Origin: Eubacteriales bacterium
GTDB lineage: Bacteria; Bacillota; Clostridia; Oscillospirales; CAG-382
Assembly (NCBI GenBank): GCA_045595165.1
Contig: JAZNZY010000001.1
Span: 467 to 64,466, forward strand
Direction of reading: 5' to 3'
Length of the DNA: 64,000 bases
The notes under the pieces were generated by a model. That model was given only the letters and a program-made list of their open reading frames with translations, was not told the DNA's origin and ran no database searches. A program made the translations under genes and the position numbers. Shown here piece after piece: positions 1-10,055 of the stretch (its first letter is position 1; each line of letters opens with the position of its first letter).

Positions 1-2063
1 TCCGCTTTTATACATTCTTCGGGAATTTCCTCCGCAAAGCGGGAGATGCGGTTTACGTTGGTCTGTCCGTACATCATACGGGTGGCGGTGTGAAGGATGA
101 TAAGCTGTTTTCTCGCTCTGGTCATTGCAACGTAAGCAAGTCTGCGCTCCTCCTCCAGTTCCTTCCTTTCACCCATAGAGCGGGATGAGGGGAACAGACC
201 TTCCTCAAAGCCCGGCAGGAACACGGTGTTGAATTCCAATCCCTTTGCGGAATGGACTGTCATTAAGGTAACGCGGGGTGCATCGGGTTCGTAATCGTCG
301 GTATCCGAAACCAGAGAGATATCCTCCAAAAACGCACGTAAGGAGGGATCTTCCGCGGTTTCTTCGAAAAGTCTGGCAGAGGAAATGAATTCTTCGATAT
401 TCCTCAGCTTGTCCTCGCCGTCCTCGCCGGAGATAAGATACTGCTTGTACTGGGTAAGCTCCATAACCTTATCCACCAGCTCGCCGAGAGTGTGCTTTTG
501 GGAAAATTCACGCAATTCCTCGATAAGCATACAAAAAGCGTTAAGCTTTGGGTATGCTCTTGAAAGGGCGGGAAATTCGTCTGCGCGGGAAGCCGCCTCC
601 AAAAGGCTTATTCCCTCTCTGCCCGAAAGGGCTTCAAGCCCGTCAAGAGTGGTTTTTCCGATACCGCGGGCAGGCACGTTGATAATACGCTTTGCACGGA
701 TATCATCACGGGGATTAAGTATAAGGGAAAGATATGCCACCGCATCCTTTATCTCCTTACGCTCAAAAAAGCGGATACCGCCGTAAACACGGTACGGGAT
801 ATGAGCGTGGGAAAGAGCGTTTTCTATAGCGTTTGACTGAGCGTTTACACGGTAAAGCACGGCGAAATCGCCGTAACCGTTCATACGGGTGCGCACCTTA
901 TCATCAATATAATTTACAATGTACGCCGCTTCCTCAAGCTGGGTGGGAAGCTTTTTAAGGGTTATCTTTTCCCCGTCCCCCGCATCTGTCCACAGAGTTT
1001 TTCCTTTTCTGCCCGTGTTATTTGCAATAACCTCGTTGGCGGCATTAAGAATATTCTGGGTGGAACGGTAGTTTTGCTCAAGGCGGATAACCTTGGCGGC
1101 GGGGAAGGTTTTATCGAAATCAAGTATATTTTCCACAGTTGCGCCGCGGAAGGAATAAATGGACTGGTCGTCATCGCCCACCACGCACACGTTCTGTCTG
1201 TCCCCTGCAAGGGCTTCTATAAGCTGACTCTGGGAGGGGTTTGTATCCTGATATTCGTCCACAAGTATATATTTGAACTGCTTTTGATATTTTTCAAGTA
1301 TATCCGGATAAGCATCGAACAGTATGTTGGTATAGAGAATAATATCGTCAAAATCCAGAGCAGATGCCTGTTTCAAGGCTTTTGAATACTCGGTGTAGAC
1401 CAAGGAAATATGTCTTTCCCTGAAATCGGTGGCGGTCTGCTCATATTCCTCTGCCGTGTAGCCCTTTTCCTTAAGACGGGAAATTTCGTTCTGAAGCACG
1501 GCGGGGGTCATAATATCGTCGCTCAAATTCAGCTTTTTAAGGCAGGCGGTAATGGTTTTTTTGCTGTCGTCGCTATCGTATATGGTAAAGCTGTTGTCAA
1601 AATCAAGTAAGTGAATATGTCTGCGGAGTATGCGCACGCATATGGAATGGAAGGTGCCTGCCCATATCTCCCCCGCGCTGTCGCCCAGAGAGGATTTAAG
1701 ACGGGTACGGAATTCCTCCGCCGCCTTGTTGGTAAAGGTAACGCAAAGCACCTGTGAAGGAAACGCGGGATCGACTGCTGTCTGCTTTAAAAAATCCCGT
1801 ATCTGGATATCATCGCCGTAATCCACAAGATACTGCATATATCCCATATTGATCCCATCGGGAGCTTCGGTTTCGCGGTAATATGCATCGCCGTAATTAA
1901 TTATATGGGAAATTCGGTTTACCAGCACGGTAGTCTTTCCGCTTCCCGCACCCGCAAGCACCAAAACGGGACCGTTTACGGTAAACACGGCTTCTTTTTG
2001 TTTGTTATTCAGATTTCGGTATAACCTGTTAAAAAGTTTTTGTTTCGCCTGAGTGTATGTCAT
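1..2063 (-). CDS. pcrA: ATP-dependent DNA helicase PcrA/UvrD (runs off left edge)
   Basis: Manual translation from ATG at 2063: VLAGAGSGKTT (Walker A), TFTNKAA, LVDEYQDTN, VGDDDQSIY, LEQNYRST, LMTVHSAKGLEF, EERRLAYVAMTRA; open to the window edge. Confidence 0.96.
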   Translation of the reverse strand, partial: MTYTQAKQKLFNRLYRNLNNKQKEAVFTVNGPVLVLAGAGSGKTTVLVNRISHIINYGDAYYRETEAPDGINMGYMQYLVDYGDDIQIRDFLKQTAVDPAFPSQVLCVTFTNKAAEEFRTRLKSSLGDSAGEIWAGTFHSICVRILRRHIHLLDFDNSFTIYDSDDSKKTITACLKKLNLSDDIMTPAVLQNEISRLKEKGYTAEEYEQTATDFRERHISLVYTEYSKALKQASALDFDDIILYTNILFDAYPDILEKYQKQFKYILVDEYQDTNPSQSQLIEALAGDRQNVCVVGDDDQSIYSFRGATVENILDFDKTFPAAKVIRLEQNYRSTQNILNAANEVIANNTGRKGKTLWTDAGDGEKITLKKLPTQLEEAAYIVNYIDDKVRTRMNGYGDFAVLYRVNAQSNAIENALSHAHIPYRVYGGIRFFERKEIKDAVAYLSLILNPRDDIRAKRIINVPARGIGKTTLDGLEALSGREGISLLEAASRADEFPALSRAYPKLNAFCMLIEELREFSQKHTLGELVDKVMELTQYKQYLISGEDGEDKLRNIEEFISSARLFEETAEDPSLRAFLEDISLVSDTDDYEPDAPRVTLMTVHSAKGLEFNTVFLPGFEEGLFPSSRSMGERKELEEERRLAYVAMTRARKQLIILHTATRMMYGQTNVNRISRFAEEIPEECIKA

Positions 2064-2096
2064 TTTTTCTCCGAATATTACAAAGTTAATCAGTAT

Positions 2097-2125
2097 ATTA
2101 TAGCACACAATGTTTTGAAATGCAA
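2097..2125 (-). promoter_or_regulatory. sigmaA-type promoter for pcrA
   Basis: TTGCAT-17 bp-TATAAT with extended -10 TG on minus strand. Confidence 0.7.
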
Positions 2126-2136
2126 GTGATAATAAG

Positions 2137-2198
2137 AATGAGAAATGCGGAATGCGGAATGAGAAATTTCGGTAGTTTTTTGCGTGACGCAAAAAACC
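2137..2198. repeat. H element (heptamer-armed hairpin), one arm
   Basis: AATGAGA/AATGCGG heptamers, ATTTCGGTAG, then hairpin TTTTTTGCG...CGCAAAAAA. Confidence 0.8.
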
Positions 2199-2245
2199 GT
2201 GTAATTGTTTTTGAAATGTGCCGTCTGTAGAACTGAAAGTTTGAA

Positions 2246-2505
2246 GGGCGCGGAGCATTTGGATGCAGAAAACATCTTTCGCGAGTGGAGAGCTGTAGTA
2301 ACCTACTGCCTCCCGAGCGAAAGTGTTTACAAAAACGCAAACAAAATAAAATTTTGGAGACGATTTTCGTCGGAAAAATTTTTACCTATTAATGTGTTAT
2401 TAAAGCGGCGGGGGCAAGCCACCCGCCCTACAAATGGAAAATAACTAAACAGAAATATTTATATATTTTTTGCGTTTTTGGGTCTGCGCCGAATGAACGC
2501 GCTCC
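2246..2505 (+). repeat. L element copy 1
   Basis: GGGCGCGGAGCATTTGGATGCAG...CTGCGCCGAATGAACGCGCTCC; internal GCTGTAG hairpin, AAAAACGCAAA/TTTGCGTTTTT helix, REP-like hairpin ending CCCTAC. Confidence 0.9.
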
Positions 2506-2511
2506 TCATAA

Positions 2512-2537
2512 AAAAACGGCGATTTCTCGCCGTTTTT
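2512..2537 (-). terminator. Intrinsic terminator
   Basis: AAAAACGGCGA-TTTC-TCGCCGTTTTT directly after the stop at 2538. Confidence 0.75.
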
Positions 2538-3398
2538 CTACTTTATATCTTCTATAACCTTTTCAGGCTTTTCATCCAAAACTTCGGGATTGGACAAAAT
2601 GGTGCGGAGGTATTTGAGCGCGGAGGCGAAATAGTGTCCGTCGCAGACGCGCTCGTCGGTAACCACGCAGTAATCCACGTACTTTCTGTCAACGGGAGAG
2701 CCGTTTTTATCCAGCTCTACCGCGCTTCTCTTTGCGCCGAAGGATATAAACAGAGGCACGTTACCGAAATTATATATATGGTGGTAAATGGGAGGAATTC
2801 CCAAAGAGCCCATAGATGTAATTATCATAGATCCGTGGAAGGGGGAAAGCTGAGAAAGCGAGCGGGGCAGCATACGGTGGTAGTCCATCTTCTTAAGCAC
2901 CCACACGGCGAATTTAAGAACAAATCTGGGAAGAGATCCGAGTATTTTTGCAACATCATCAAAGCTGCTCACCTCGTTGCGGGCGGTGTCTATCTCCTTG
3001 TTTACGATACGGTAAACGTCCTCTGCGGTGGCATCCGGCGGGAATTCCATTTTTATGACCGTATCAGGCGCATCGAGGCGCATTTCTTTTTTTATGGTCA
3101 TTGCCACCTCGATATTATTGCGGGCGTACACGCGCTGTCCCCGTACAAAGCGGTTTATTCCGGGGCGCTGGGATACGGTGCGCACGTATGCGGCAATAAG
3201 CAGATGCATTATACCGAATCCCTTTAAGCCTTCTTTTCTCTTTTTAAAAATATAATCGTCTGCTGCGGCGGTTTCGAAGCTGTCCCGTATCTGGTTGCAG
3301 GCGTCGTTGCGCTCTGCCATAATAACACATTCTATGTTCGTCATAGGGGAAATGGTCTTTAATCTTCTGCCTTCTTGCCAGGAGTGCTTTATTTCCAT
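2538..3398 (-). CDS. Stand-alone 2-oxoacid dehydrogenase E2-like acyltransferase catalytic domain protein
   Basis: GSMIITSMGSLG and DERVCDG resemble the E2 catalytic domain (TxSNxG, DHRxxDG); no lipoyl domain; GAGG SD upstream. Confidence 0.75.
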   Translation of the reverse strand: MEIKHSWQEGRRLKTISPMTNIECVIMAERNDACNQIRDSFETAAADDYIFKKRKEGLKGFGIMHLLIAAYVRTVSQRPGINRFVRGQRVYARNNIEVAMTIKKEMRLDAPDTVIKMEFPPDATAEDVYRIVNKEIDTARNEVSSFDDVAKILGSLPRFVLKFAVWVLKKMDYHRMLPRSLSQLSPFHGSMIITSMGSLGIPPIYHHIYNFGNVPLFISFGAKRSAVELDKNGSPVDRKYVDYCVVTDERVCDGHYFASALKYLRTILSNPEVLDEKPEKVIEDIK

Positions 3399-3419
3399 AG
3401 ATATACCTCACTCGTTTTT

Positions 3420-3540
3420 AATGAGAAACGAGGAATGCGGCGCGATGCAAAGCATCGCTAAATGAGGAATTTCGGAAGATTTTTGTTCTGCGAACAAAAA
3501 TCAACCGTAATTCATCATTTCTCATTCATCATTCGTCATT
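3420..3540. repeat. H element with two core hairpins
   Basis: Heptamer arm, GCGATGC-AAA-GCATCGC, GATTTTTGTTC-TGC-GAACAAAAATC, inverted heptamer arm. Confidence 0.9.
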
Positions 3541-3542
3541 TT

Positions 3543-3571
3543 ATTATACTTGTAAAATTGTAAATTGTCAA
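3543..3571 (-). promoter_or_regulatory. Consensus sigmaA promoter for the E2-like gene
   Basis: TTGACA (3571-3566)-17 bp-TATAAT (3548-3543). Confidence 0.85.
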
Positions 3572-3580
3572 CACACCGTC

Positions 3581-3609
3581 TTGATTTTTGGCTTTAACAG
3601 TGTTATAAT
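3581..3609 (+). promoter_or_regulatory. sigmaA promoter for the SBP gene (divergent)
   Basis: TTGATT-17 bp-TATAAT with extended -10 TG. Confidence 0.75.
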
Positions 3610-3653
3610 TGCTCTGTGTCAATAAAAAATTAAAAAACGGAGGAATATTTTTA

Positions 3654-5156
3654 ATGAAAAGAGCATTGGCTGTAATATTGCTTGTTCTGCTCGTAGGTGC
3701 GGCGTTTGCTTCCTGCAACGATACGTCTGAGGAAAATCCCAGTATGAGCGACGTTTCCGATTCCGGCGAATACGTGGCAAACGTGCCCGAAAAGGATTAT
3801 AAGGGCGAGAAGATCATCTTCCTCGCTTCCGGCGTTAACGAAACCGCCAATTCCGAAATTCTCTATAACGAATACGCAGACGGTGATGAAAATCAAATTC
3901 CCGAGGTAGTTAACGATGCGCTTCGTGAAAGAGCTAATATGCTTTACGAGCAGTACGGATTGGTTCTTGAGGAAAAGTACATATACGATAAGAGCCGTCA
4001 TCACGGCGACACTATTAACTATATGCGCGATGACCTTGTAACCGGCGCAAAGTCTTATCACGTTGCGGCTCCCTGCCTTTACGACTGTGCTGCCCTGGCG
4101 GCAGAAGGCATCCTCGTTGACCTGCTCAGCGGCGAGATCCCTTATCTGGATATGTCCCAGCCCTGGTGGGATCAGTCCTTCAACAGCGAAATGACCCTTA
4201 ACGGCGCACTTTATTTCACTATCGGTGATATCGGTATCACCAACAAGGACGCTACTTCCTGTATCGCATTCAATAAGAACCTTATCGTTGAATACGGTCT
4301 TGACAGCCCCTATGATCTGGTTGATAACAACGAATGGACTATTGATAAGGTTATCGAAATGTCCAAGACCATAAAGAACGACCTTAACCAGGACGGTAAG
4401 ATCGACTATCAGGATCAGTTCGGTTACGGCGGACAGTACGACGACATGTGGTTCTTGTTCTATGCTTCCGGTGAGCGTACCGCTTCTATCGGCGCAGACG
4501 GCTGGCCCGAGATCACCATATACAACGACCGTTCCGTTGACGTTATCGAAAACATCCTTGAGCTTATGCAGAACAGAGATTACTACGTTTGCGCAAACGA
4601 TTACTTCGGCGTAGTTCAGTGGCCCTCAGAGCTTGTTACTCAGGCGTTTGTTGAAGGAAGATCCATATTCAACCTTTCCGGCCCCTCTTCCACCAGCGCA
4701 TACAGAGAGATGGAAGACGATTTCGGTCTGGTTCCCTTCCCCAAGTATGACACCGATCAGGAAAACTACCATACCATGGTTAACCCCTGGACCTCCAACG
4801 CATTCTGCGTTCCTATCGGTCTTACCGAAAAGCAGTACGAGATGGTAGGTATCGCCCTCGAAGTTATGGGTGCACACTCCAAGAACAATCTGGCTGTTGC
4901 ATACTATGATATAGCTCTTAAATATCAGAAGACCCGTGATGATGATACCGTAAGAATGCTTGATATAATCTTCGCTTCCCGCGGATGTGATATCGGTATG
5001 ATCTACAAGTGGGGCAATATGGACACTATGCTTCACGATCTTATTACCAAACCCGCAGGCTCTTTCACTTCTACCTTTGAGGCTATAAAGGACAAAGCCG
5101 AATCGGATATGGAAGATACTATCGAATTCTACGAAAACGTACAAAGCAAAAACTAA
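3654..5156 (+). CDS. Extracellular solute-binding lipoprotein (ABC family 1-like), orphan
   Basis: GGAGG SD, lipobox AFASC, PWWDQ, EF-hand-like DLNQDGKIDYQD, FGLVPFPK motif; no permease adjacent. Confidence 0.8.
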   Translation: MKRALAVILLVLLVGAAFASCNDTSEENPSMSDVSDSGEYVANVPEKDYKGEKIIFLASGVNETANSEILYNEYADGDENQIPEVVNDALRERANMLYEQYGLVLEEKYIYDKSRHHGDTINYMRDDLVTGAKSYHVAAPCLYDCAALAAEGILVDLLSGEIPYLDMSQPWWDQSFNSEMTLNGALYFTIGDIGITNKDATSCIAFNKNLIVEYGLDSPYDLVDNNEWTIDKVIEMSKTIKNDLNQDGKIDYQDQFGYGGQYDDMWFLFYASGERTASIGADGWPEITIYNDRSVDVIENILELMQNRDYYVCANDYFGVVQWPSELVTQAFVEGRSIFNLSGPSSTSAYREMEDDFGLVPFPKYDTDQENYHTMVNPWTSNAFCVPIGLTEKQYEMVGIALEVMGAHSKNNLAVAYYDIALKYQKTRDDDTVRMLDIIFASRGCDIGMIYKWGNMDTMLHDLITKPAGSFTSTFEAIKDKAESDMEDTIEFYENVQSKN

Positions 5157-5167
5157 AATATCGCTTC

Positions 5168-5208
5168 AAAAGCACCCCAAGAAAACTGCGTTTTCTCGGG
5201 GTGCTTTT
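5168..5208. terminator. Bidirectional terminator-like hairpin related to the C module
   Basis: AAAAGCACCCC-AAGAAAAC-TGC-GTTTTCTC-GGGGTGCTTTT after SBP stop. Confidence 0.7.
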
Positions 5209-5215
5209 GCATACA

Positions 5216-5244
5216 TTGACAAAATACCGTATATGTGTTAAAAT
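5216..5244 (+). promoter_or_regulatory. sigmaA promoter
   Basis: TTGACA-17 bp-TAAAAT with extended TG. Confidence 0.75.
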
Positions 5245-5287
5245 GCCTCTTGCGTAAGTCGGAAAAACACGTATAAAGGATTTTGTT

Positions 5288-6064
5288 ATGAAAGAATTTT
5301 TCGGTTTCGGCGGGTATGAGCGTATACCCGAAGGGTATTTTTCCCGGCAGCATTTAACATTTGTTTCTTCTTTAATGGTAATTATGGTGCTTTGCGCCGT
5401 TATATTTGGCTTAAAAAACAAAAACAAAGACGAAAAGACCAAAAACCGCGTGCTTTTGTGGGCGGCAATTATTATCGATTCGGCAGAGCTTTTTAAGATA
5501 ATCATTTTGTGCTTTCGCTCTGCTGACCCTTGGGCGTGGCTTTACGATCTTCCATTGTTTTTGTGCAGTATTCAGCTTATTGCCATTCCCCTTGCGGCAC
5601 TTTCTTCGGGCAGATTAAAGCAAGCGGCTTTGGATTTTGTGTTTATCTTCGGGGTGCTGGGCGCGGTTATGGGCACCTACTGCGCAGGGCAGAACTACGC
5701 CGCGTATCCCGTTTTAAGCTTTGATAACGTGGTTTCCGGATTTACCCATTCAATATCCGGCTTTGCGGCGCTGTATATCGGCTTTTCCAAAATGATAAGT
5801 ATGAAAAAGAAAAACATTTGGATAACGTTTACCATTCTTCTGAGCTTTTGCGGAGCCGCCCTCCTTGCAAACAAGATTTTGGATTACAACTATATGTTCC
5901 TCCGCGCGGGGGACGGCACGCCTTACGATATAGTGTATAATCTGGTAAACGGAAACGCCGTTTTGTATCCCCTTTGCGTGGTAGGCTTGTTTTTGGTGTA
6001 TATAGTGGCGTTTTATTATGTGTATTATCTGATAGCGCATTTGGTTGCCAAGAAGAAAAAATAA
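5288..6064 (+). CDS. YwaF/TMEM164-like integral membrane protein
   Basis: Multiple TM segments; LPLFLCSI (cf. LPLHLC), NYMFL near C terminus. Confidence 0.7.
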   Translation: MKEFFGFGGYERIPEGYFSRQHLTFVSSLMVIMVLCAVIFGLKNKNKDEKTKNRVLLWAAIIIDSAELFKIIILCFRSADPWAWLYDLPLFLCSIQLIAIPLAALSSGRLKQAALDFVFIFGVLGAVMGTYCAGQNYAAYPVLSFDNVVSGFTHSISGFAALYIGFSKMISMKKKNIWITFTILLSFCGAALLANKILDYNYMFLRAGDGTPYDIVYNLVNGNAVLYPLCVVGLFLVYIVAFYYVYYLIAHLVAKKKK

Positions 6065-6080
6065 TCACCCCGACAATCAA

Positions 6081-6106
6081 AAACCTCCGAGAAATCGGAG
6101 GTTTTC
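6081..6106 (+). terminator. Intrinsic terminator
   Basis: AAAACCTCCGA-GAAA-TCGGAGGTTTT. Confidence 0.7.
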
Positions 6107-6185
6107 CTTTTAATATTGGAGCGGAAGGGGCAAGCCCCTTACCTGCGTTGTGGGAATTTGCTAAGCAGAACAATTCACATTTTTT

Positions 6186-6250
6186 GCGTTTTTGGGGTGA
6201 TTTTTTTCGGGGTCCCTGAAAACGCGAATAGCGTTTTTGGGGTGATTTTT
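6186..6250 (-). repeat. C module with partial duplication
   Basis: Reverse complement reads ATCACCCCAAAAACGC-TATTC-GCGTTTTCAGGGACCCCG followed by a second ATCACCCCAAAAACGC. Confidence 0.8.
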
Positions 6251-8799
6251 TATTTTACCGAGCGCCCCTTATTCTTTACAATTACTGCCAGGGAGGCGAC
6301 CAGTATCACGCCTACCACACCGCAGGCGATCCACATAACGGTATTATTTTTGCCGTTTTCATCATCGGAAGGCGCGCTTTCGGAAGACGAAGAATCGTTT
6401 TTGTTTTGCTCGTTTTTAATGCTTTCTTCTCTTAAGCTTTCTTCCTTTTTGCTCTCCTCGATACGGCTTTCTTCGGCTTTGCTGCTTTCCTCATAGGAGC
6501 TTTCAAACTCGCTTACGGCGCTGTCATCAATGCCCGTATCGGGAATATCCTCATCGCTTACGACGGTGCGCTGAGTGTTGCTTAAAATTCTTACGATATA
6601 TTCAAGATCGCTCTTTATCACCTTGTCTGCGGCGGAGGTGCCGAGAGATGCGATAATATCCTTCACCGTATTTACGAGAACGTCGTTTTCGGTAGTGGAA
6701 ACCGCGCCCTTGAAGGCTTCAAGCTTTGCTTTTAAGCTTTCGCAATCGGCTTTGGATTTACCGCCGAAGGGAAGAATGATATTTACTATTCTGTCAATAG
6801 CGTAATCCGCCGAGGCGGTAAGGGCTTTTTCTATATCAAGCGTGGGAGTGATGGCTCTGTTTCTGAAAGCACCGTTTTTCACAAGGAAATCCGAGGTGTT
6901 CTTGCCAAGATAGGTGGACGCTTCAAAGAACATAACGCCGTCCGCCCCTTTTTCGTTGGCGAGGATAACGTGAGTAGCCGCATCAAAGCCGCTGTAGGAA
7001 TCTGCGTATACGCCGATACCGGAAGCCAAGAACTTGCCGTTCATTTTTTCAACGTTTTTATCGGTTGCCTCAACGGAATCCCAGGTGTATGACATAGGCT
7101 TGAGCAGATCGATCCAGCCTTTTTTGATCCAAGTTCCGTAGTCCTGATACAAGCCGTTGCGGGCGCCGGAAGCATCGGGACCTACATCTGCGCAGAGGAG
7201 AACGTCTTCCCCGTATTCGTTGAACAGCGTGCGCATTTTGCCTACGAAGCCGGTGATAATATCGCATCGGTACTGTACCCAGTTATCCCAATAGGAAGCG
7301 GAAGTATCGTACTTGGGAGTAACTCCGTATTTTGCCTTGAATCCGCCTACGGTAAGGGCATCGTAGCCGTAATCGTCGTTGATACCGTCCTGATAACGAA
7401 TATAATCCAATTCAAAGCCGTCGATATCGTAATTTTCAAGTATGTATTGATAAGTGCCCAGCAGGAACTCCTGCACCTCGGGATGGGCGGGGTTGAGGAA
7501 GCAGAAATCGTCGTCGTCTTTAACGCAGGTGTCCTTGCCGCTGTTATTTATGTTGCGCCAGGTGGGATTTTTATACCACACGCTTCTTTCAAGGTTGGAG
7601 CAAGTGGTGTGGGAGGAATAGAATATAGGCATCCATACGTGCAGTTCCATTCCTCTTGCGTGGCATTCCTCAATGTAAGCGCCAAGCACGTCAAAACCGT
7701 TAAATTTGGGATTTTGCTCGAAATCGCTTCCCTCGGGCGCGGGGAAAATGAGGGTGGAATCGTAAAGAGTTTCTATACAAAGAGTGTTTATGCCGTTATC
7801 ATAAAGCCGCTGGACGTAATCCGCAACCTCTTGCTTGGTCTTCTGGATAGGTCTTATCCACACGCCGCGGTACTCTACGGTGCGGCTTTCTGCGCAGGCG
7901 GAAAGTCCCGCATTGAGAAGTGCGTTTATATCCGCAATACAGTTTGTCATCTCGGTTTCATCCGTAAGGGTTTCGTACTTCGCACGGAGAGAAACCATTT
8001 GGTTTATGCAGGAATCTAAAAACTCGTAATCGTAATATGCAAAATTCTTTTTACCCGAATCCCGCTTGTCCCTTAACTGCTGAATGCCGGTATCAATAAG
8101 GGAAATATACGCAAAAACATCCATTTCCAGAGTAACTGTCTTTGCGGCGGCATCGTAGGAAGCTTTCATACCCACGCGGGCGTTTTTGGTAAGCCAGTCC
8201 GAATTGACTCCGTGGCCGGAGATTATAAATCCGCCCTTAGGAACTGTATTGTTGTTGCCGCCTACTGCGGTAACGCGTCCGTCCGTGCCGACGATAACCT
8301 CATAGCCCCATTCGTTGGTGCCGGTCTTGCCGCTTTGGTTATATATTACAAGGGCTCCTTCGCCGCGGGTGCCGTTTACACTCGTGATCTCACGCTGTAT
8401 GGTATAATACATTCCGCCGAATGCGGTGGGCTCGGTGGAAAGAAGTATGGTGGAAGAACGGGAATCGTAATAGCAGTACATGCCAACCTTGCAGTTTTGC
8501 TTTATCCAATCGCCCATACTGCTGTGACCGGAAAGGACGAATCCGCCTTCGGGAATGGTTTCGTTACCCATGGTGGTTACACGGATTATCTTGTTATCCG
8601 CATCGACAACCGCTTCCGCACCCCATTGGTTGGTAGCGGTGGACGCACCGAACGCAGGGGTGTATACGATAAGCTCGTCTTCTCCTCTGCCGCGGTTTTC
8701 TGCGTGTACGGTCTGAGTGATCTCCTCAGCGGAAACAGCAAAGGAAAGACAGCCCATACACATAACCAGCGCAAGTAAAATAACAATTATTTTCTTCAT
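6250..8799 (-). CDS. Secreted, C-terminally anchored GHL10/DUF187-type glycoside hydrolase-like protein
   Basis: Signal peptide; EYRGVWIRP, FLNPAHPEVQ, DIDGFELDYIRY; two N-terminal repeats (TNxWG...IPxGGFxxSGH); Ser/Glu-rich linker and C-terminal TM helix. Confidence 0.8.
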   Translation of the reverse strand: MKKIIVILLALVMCMGCLSFAVSAEEITQTVHAENRGRGEDELIVYTPAFGASTATNQWGAEAVVDADNKIIRVTTMGNETIPEGGFVLSGHSSMGDWIKQNCKVGMYCYYDSRSSTILLSTEPTAFGGMYYTIQREITSVNGTRGEGALVIYNQSGKTGTNEWGYEVIVGTDGRVTAVGGNNNTVPKGGFIISGHGVNSDWLTKNARVGMKASYDAAAKTVTLEMDVFAYISLIDTGIQQLRDKRDSGKKNFAYYDYEFLDSCINQMVSLRAKYETLTDETEMTNCIADINALLNAGLSACAESRTVEYRGVWIRPIQKTKQEVADYVQRLYDNGINTLCIETLYDSTLIFPAPEGSDFEQNPKFNGFDVLGAYIEECHARGMELHVWMPIFYSSHTTCSNLERSVWYKNPTWRNINNSGKDTCVKDDDDFCFLNPAHPEVQEFLLGTYQYILENYDIDGFELDYIRYQDGINDDYGYDALTVGGFKAKYGVTPKYDTSASYWDNWVQYRCDIITGFVGKMRTLFNEYGEDVLLCADVGPDASGARNGLYQDYGTWIKKGWIDLLKPMSYTWDSVEATDKNVEKMNGKFLASGIGVYADSYSGFDAATHVILANEKGADGVMFFEASTYLGKNTSDFLVKNGAFRNRAITPTLDIEKALTASADYAIDRIVNIILPFGGKSKADCESLKAKLEAFKGAVSTTENDVLVNTVKDIIASLGTSAADKVIKSDLEYIVRILSNTQRTVVSDEDIPDTGIDDSAVSEFESSYEESSKAEESRIEESKKEESLREESIKNEQNKNDSSSSESAPSDDENGKNNTVMWIACGVVGVILVASLAVIVKNKGRSVK

Positions 8800-8800
8800 A

Positions 8801-9886
8801 TTACACGTTAAAGCGGAACAGTACTATGTCCCCATCCTCCATTACGTATTCTTTTCCTTCGCTTCTTACAAGACCTGCGTCCTTGGCGGCGGTCATAGAA
8901 CCTTTTTCCATAAGGGCATCGTATGCCACTACCTCGGCGCGGATAAATCCGCGCTCGATATCGCTGTGTATCTTTCCTGCCGCCTTGGGCGCCTTGGTGC
9001 CTGCGGGAATTGTCCACGCGCGCACCTCGGGAGTGCCTGCGGTGAGGAAGGAAATGAGTCCCAGTAATTTATAGGAAGTCTTTATAAGACGGTTAAGGCC
9101 GGATTCGGTAAGTCCCATATCCTCAAGGAAAGCTGCCTGCTCGTCCTCGTCCAGCTCTGCGATCTCCGCTTCGGCGGATGCGCATACGATAAGAACTTCG
9201 CTGTTTTCCCCTGCCACAGCCTTTTTCAAGGCTTCGGTGTATTCGTTGCCGTCTACCACGCTGCCCTCGTCCACGTTGGCGGCGTATATAACGGGCTTGA
9301 AGGATATAAGATCCATTACGGAAATATATTCAAGCTGTTTTTCGGTAAATTCAATATTTCTTGCGCTCTTTCCGTCCATAAGACCTGCGTAAAGGACCTC
9401 CAGCGCCTCCAGCTCGTCGGCGGCGGTCTTGTCGCCCTTGAGCTGTTTTTTAACCTTGTCTATACGGCGCTCGGTCATTTCAAGGTCCGCAAGAACAAGC
9501 TCGGTGTTTATGGTTTCCACGTCACGCACAGGGTCTGCCGTTTCGTCCACGTGGACTACCTCGCTTCCGCCGAAGCAGCGTACCACGTGTACTACCGCAT
9601 CCACGTTACGGATGTGGGAAAGAAACTTGTTGCCCAGACCTTCTCCGCTTGCCGCACCGCGGACAAGACCTGCTATATCCACAAATTCAATGGTGGCATA
9701 GGTCTTTTTCTCGGGATTATACATTTCGCACAGACGGTCTATGCGCTCATCGGGCACGGTAACAACGCCCACGTTGGGCTCGATAGTGCAAAAGGGGTAA
9801 TTGGCAGACGCCGCGCCTGCTTTTGTAAGTGCATTAAAAAGAGTGCTTTTACCCACGTTGGGCAAGCCTACTATTCCTAATTTCAT
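8801..9886 (-). CDS. ychF: Obg-like ATPase YchF
   Basis: [28 protein letters not shown], ends [10 protein letters not shown]. Confidence 0.97.
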   Translation of the reverse strand: MKLGIVGLPNVGKSTLFNALTKAGAASANYPFCTIEPNVGVVTVPDERIDRLCEMYNPEKKTYATIEFVDIAGLVRGAASGEGLGNKFLSHIRNVDAVVHVVRCFGGSEVVHVDETADPVRDVETINTELVLADLEMTERRIDKVKKQLKGDKTAADELEALEVLYAGLMDGKSARNIEFTEKQLEYISVMDLISFKPVIYAANVDEGSVVDGNEYTEALKKAVAGENSEVLIVCASAEAEIAELDEDEQAAFLEDMGLTESGLNRLIKTSYKLLGLISFLTAGTPEVRAWTIPAGTKAPKAAGKIHSDIERGFIRAEVVAYDALMEKGSMTAAKDAGLVRSEGKEYVMEDGDIVLFRFNV

Positions 9887-10055
9887 AGTGTATCTCCGCA
9901 GTTTTCATATTTTTACATTTTATTATATAATATAAAAGCGAAAAAAGCAACACAAAAGTTATCGGCAAAAAACCTTTAAGACAAAGCGTTTTTATGTTGA
10001 TATTTTGCCGATACCGTGGTATAATACCCTTGTAAAAAAAGACACGGAGGGCTGT

